Below are positions 61,615 to 64,000 of a stretch of 64,000 bases of DNA, piece by piece (position 1 is the stretch's first letter; each line of letters opens with the position of its first letter). The notes beneath the pieces were generated by a model. It worked only from the letters and a program-made list of their open reading frames with translations, did no database searches and was not told where the DNA came from. A program made the translations under genes and the position numbers. Origin of the DNA: Candidatus Latescibacterota bacterium (GTDB taxonomy: Bacteria > Latescibacterota > UBA2968 > UBA8231). The stretch spans positions 152,822 through 216,821 of the forward strand of contig CBDFJF010000001.1 of the NCBI GenBank assembly GCA_965248265.1, given 5' to 3'.

Positions 61615-62067
61615 TCAAGCTCCAATCGCGTTGGCCAACCTCGACAGAGAACTCTCCCAGCGCTCCTCCATTTCAGCGGCGCCTGCCGGGTCCGTGAAGC
61701 CGGTATGTGACAGTTCGATTTCCGTCAACGAGCCGCGATCGTGAAACTCGACGCTGACCGTCGTCTCCTTCTCACTGGGCGGCTTGACACCCTCCCAGCG
61801 GTCCGTCAAGACTATTTTGAACCGCCAGGTCATGACCAGCCGCAACGGCCCGTCCACCTCGGTGAAACTGCCGTCCGCCCAAAAATGGCGCCCCGCTGTC
61901 GTCGCGTGGTAGCGGACGACTCCGTTCAAAGTGAGATCCATGTCGATCCGCGTGTTAGTGGAATCGGGCGGCGGCCACCATTTGACGATCTCATCCGGAT
62001 CCGTCCATGCCCGAAACACTCGATAGCGAGGAGCAGAGATCAGTTGTTTCAGAGTTACGTCCGTCAC
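61615..62067 (-). CDS. SRPBCC/AHSA1-like domain protein
   Basis: 'RVFRAWTDPDEIVKWW...' is typical of the Aha1-like START-fold family. Confidence 0.6.
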   Translation of the reverse strand: MTDVTLKQLISAPRYRVFRAWTDPDEIVKWWPPPDSTNTRIDMDLTLNGVVRYHATTAGRHFWADGSFTEVDGPLRLVMTWRFKIVLTDRWEGVKPPSEKETTVSVEFHDRGSLTEIELSHTGFTDPAGAAEMEERWESSLSRLANAIGA

Positions 62068-63092
62068 TGCGCACTATCCCCCAGATCGCCGCCGCAGGCT
62101 CGGATCAGCGTTTCCTGGGTCAGCAGATCGTGCTCGGGAGAGTAGATTGGCTCGCGTTCGCCGCGGATGATCTGGATGAATTCCTCGTGATCGCCGACAT
62201 ACCGCGGCCTATCGGTTACCTCGATCGACTGCCAACCGGTACAGTAGCCAGCCTTGGGTAAGCGCAGACTCATCTCCAACTTGGGAGGCTCGATCGGTTC
62301 GAGGATGACACTGCCATCTTCCCCATGGACCTCGACCCGACGATGAGGTCCCGCGTCGCACTCCATCGAGGTGGTCTCGATGACGGCCATGGCCCCATGG
62401 TCGTCGAACTCCAGCATGACCGAGGCGTTGTCGACTCCCGGAGCTATGTCTTTGAAACCCTTCGCGTCGGAGCGCAGAAACGAGGTAATCTTGTCAGCCC
62501 GGCCAAACATGGTGACGGCCTGATCGAAGAGGTGACAGGCCTCCTCCTGCATGATACCGCCTGGATAGCGATCCACGTGGTTGCGGTGGAAGTACTCCGG
62601 GGTGCTGCCGGCCCGGAAGCGCGCGAAGAACACCCGTCCGAGCAACCCCTCCTTCACCTTTTCCTGGATGAATTGCAGGCCCGGATTGAAGCGCCACTGA
62701 TAACCCATCTGCACGCACAACCCGCGCTTGGCGGCCAGATCCAGCAGGGATTGCAGCTCCGGCAATGAGGTTCCCGGCGGCTTGTCCAAGTGGACATGCT
62801 TGCCGGCTTCCAGCGCGAGCCGTGCCCACTCCACGCACTCCCACGGCCAGGTCTCGATGTAAACGGCGGCGATGTCGTCATCGGACAGAATCTCATCGAC
62901 GGACTGGAACCAGTGAACGTCGGCATACTCCTCACGGCCGCGACGAGCATCCCACATCTCACGTTCGGGCTCAAAAATGCCGCAGAGCTCGACCTTCAAT
63001 CGCGGCCACAACTCACGAGCCGCTTTGTCTACCGTCTTCGTCGCGTGCGTGTGCGCGATGCCGATCTGCCCCAGCCGCACAGAATCACTCAC
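62064..63092 (-). CDS. Gfo/Idh/MocA family oxidoreductase
   Basis: 'LGQIGIAHTHA', 'VHLDKPPG', C-terminal dimerisation region. Confidence 0.7.
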   Translation of the reverse strand: MSDSVRLGQIGIAHTHATKTVDKAARELWPRLKVELCGIFEPEREMWDARRGREEYADVHWFQSVDEILSDDDIAAVYIETWPWECVEWARLALEAGKHVHLDKPPGTSLPELQSLLDLAAKRGLCVQMGYQWRFNPGLQFIQEKVKEGLLGRVFFARFRAGSTPEYFHRNHVDRYPGGIMQEEACHLFDQAVTMFGRADKITSFLRSDAKGFKDIAPGVDNASVMLEFDDHGAMAVIETTSMECDAGPHRRVEVHGEDGSVILEPIEPPKLEMSLRLPKAGYCTGWQSIEVTDRPRYVGDHEEFIQIIRGEREPIYSPEHDLLTQETLIRACGGDLGDSAQ

Positions 63093-63108
63093 AATGCTTG
63101 GCTGCCTT

Positions 63109-63855
63109 CTACTTGCGTGCCTTCTTCAGAAAGTCGGCTGCCCCATCCGACAGCCATCCTTGCGCCGGGGTCATCAGGAAGCGGATGCCCTGGTCAACCA
63201 GCGCCTCCGCCGTGTTGTTCCAGGCCAGCGCCCCGGCGGTGCGCCCTGAATCCACGATCTTGCGCAACGCTTTCTCCAGGACTTCGACCGCCTCGGGATG
63301 ATTCGTTTTACCCGTGTGCCCCATGGAACTGGCCAGATCCGATGGGGCCACGAAGAACACGTCGATGTGGTCTACTGTGAGAATCTCATCCAGGTTTTGC
63401 ACGGCGACGATGTCTTCGATCAGGACGATGAGCAGGGTCTCGTCGTTGGCGACGGTAAAGTAGTCCTCGACGCCGAAACCCTGACGGCCACCGAACATGC
63501 CGCGCTTGCCGATAGGCCCGAACTTACCCCCCTCAACCACGTTGGCTGCTTCTTCTTTGGTGTTGACGTGCGGTACCACGATCCCCTGCGCGCCAAGGTC
63601 CATCGTGCGGTAGATGAGATTCTGATCATTGCGGTTGACCCGCACGATGGAGGTCATGCCCCAGATGTCGCATGCACGCGTTAGGTTGCCGATTTCTGAT
63701 GGTTCGGCGGCACCGTGTTCGCCCTCGATCCATATACCGTCGAAATCGTTGGGGCCGAAGCCTTCAACATCGTTTGCGTCCGTGATACCTGTGACAGTGC
63801 AGGTTACTTCCCCCGCATCCAGTTTTCGTTTTACTCGATTCGGTCTGATCTGCAT
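63109..63855 (-). CDS. HpcH/HpaI-family aldolase (2-keto-3-deoxy-sugar-acid aldolase-like)
   Basis: 'GFDGIWIEGEHG', 'IVRVN', 'GAQGIVVPHVNTKEEA', 'ETLLIVLIED'. Confidence 0.75.
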   Translation of the reverse strand: MQIRPNRVKRKLDAGEVTCTVTGITDANDVEGFGPNDFDGIWIEGEHGAAEPSEIGNLTRACDIWGMTSIVRVNRNDQNLIYRTMDLGAQGIVVPHVNTKEEAANVVEGGKFGPIGKRGMFGGRQGFGVEDYFTVANDETLLIVLIEDIVAVQNLDEILTVDHIDVFFVAPSDLASSMGHTGKTNHPEAVEVLEKALRKIVDSGRTAGALAWNNTAEALVDQGIRFLMTPAQGWLSDGAADFLKKARK

Positions 63856-63902
63856 TCGAATGTCCGTCCCGTGTTTGTATGATTGTTGCCTATTTCAATG
63901 GA

Positions 63903-64000
63903 TACTAACCGTTGAGCAATTCAACCTGAGCGGCGAGAACCTCTTCTACTGACACCTCGCCGTCTCCCTTCTTTACGCTGCACTTCGTCCCCAGAAAGCT
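63903..64000 (-). CDS. 3' end of a minus-strand gene running off the window
   Basis: The open frame ends '...VEEVLAAQVELLNG*'. Unassignable. Confidence 0.2.

Overview
This is a high-GC (about 62-66%) bacterial window with lower-GC patches of about 50-57%. Two genes carry T9SS-type C-terminal sorting domains (FlgD-Ig-like and Por_Secre_tail), so the host is probably an FCB-group bacterium; that phylum call is inference only. Much of the window is accessory and recombination-scarred.

- **Core metabolism.** There are three Gfo/Idh/MocA oxidoreductases and several NAD-epimerase paralogs. There is also a UxuA-like mannonate dehydratase and a PhyH dioxygenase-Gfo/Idh/MocA-isochorismatase operon. 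Further genes encode an HpcH/HpaI aldolase, a threonine-dehydratase-family PLP enzyme, Tag glycosylase, an HDOD signalling protein and NHL and PmoA-family proteins. A two-gene overlapping pair looks like the archaeal-type CoA route, pantoate kinase plus phosphopantothenate synthetase.
- **Fibre locus.** The most striking content is two paralogous secreted fibre proteins of about 1260-1320 aa (30397-34353 and 46533-50323, minus strand). Both have phage-tail-fibre modularity: signal peptide, conserved N-domain, arrays of 10-residue 'AVTSAKIADG'-type repeats with about 35-aa beta modules, a divergent distal domain, a conserved Peptidase-S74 intramolecular-chaperone domain (SDRRLK...GLIAQE) and a C-terminal coiled coil. 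No other phage genes are present. The second copy has a frameshift.
- **Shared upstream module.** Both fibre genes are preceded by a conserved sigma70-like box. The same box has been transplanted in front of a CBM9-like-thioredoxin (TlpA) fusion gene, which sits next to a cupredoxin lipoprotein gene. The surrounding intergenic DNA carries a 112-bp MITE-like element with 14-bp terminal inverted repeats (TIRs) and a 300-bp CT-rich repeat.
- **Mobile elements and decay.** An intact IS3 element has a 3-bp target-site duplication (TSD). An IS630 element with TA TSDs is broken by an A8 run and sits in a T9SS-domain gene. An ANT(6)-like gene lies inside a shattered SDR gene. A 260-bp inverted repeat flanks a 6.6-kb segment. 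There are several decayed duplicate gene fragments.

All calls come from reading the sequence by eye. Family assignments are motif-based and were not checked against any database.
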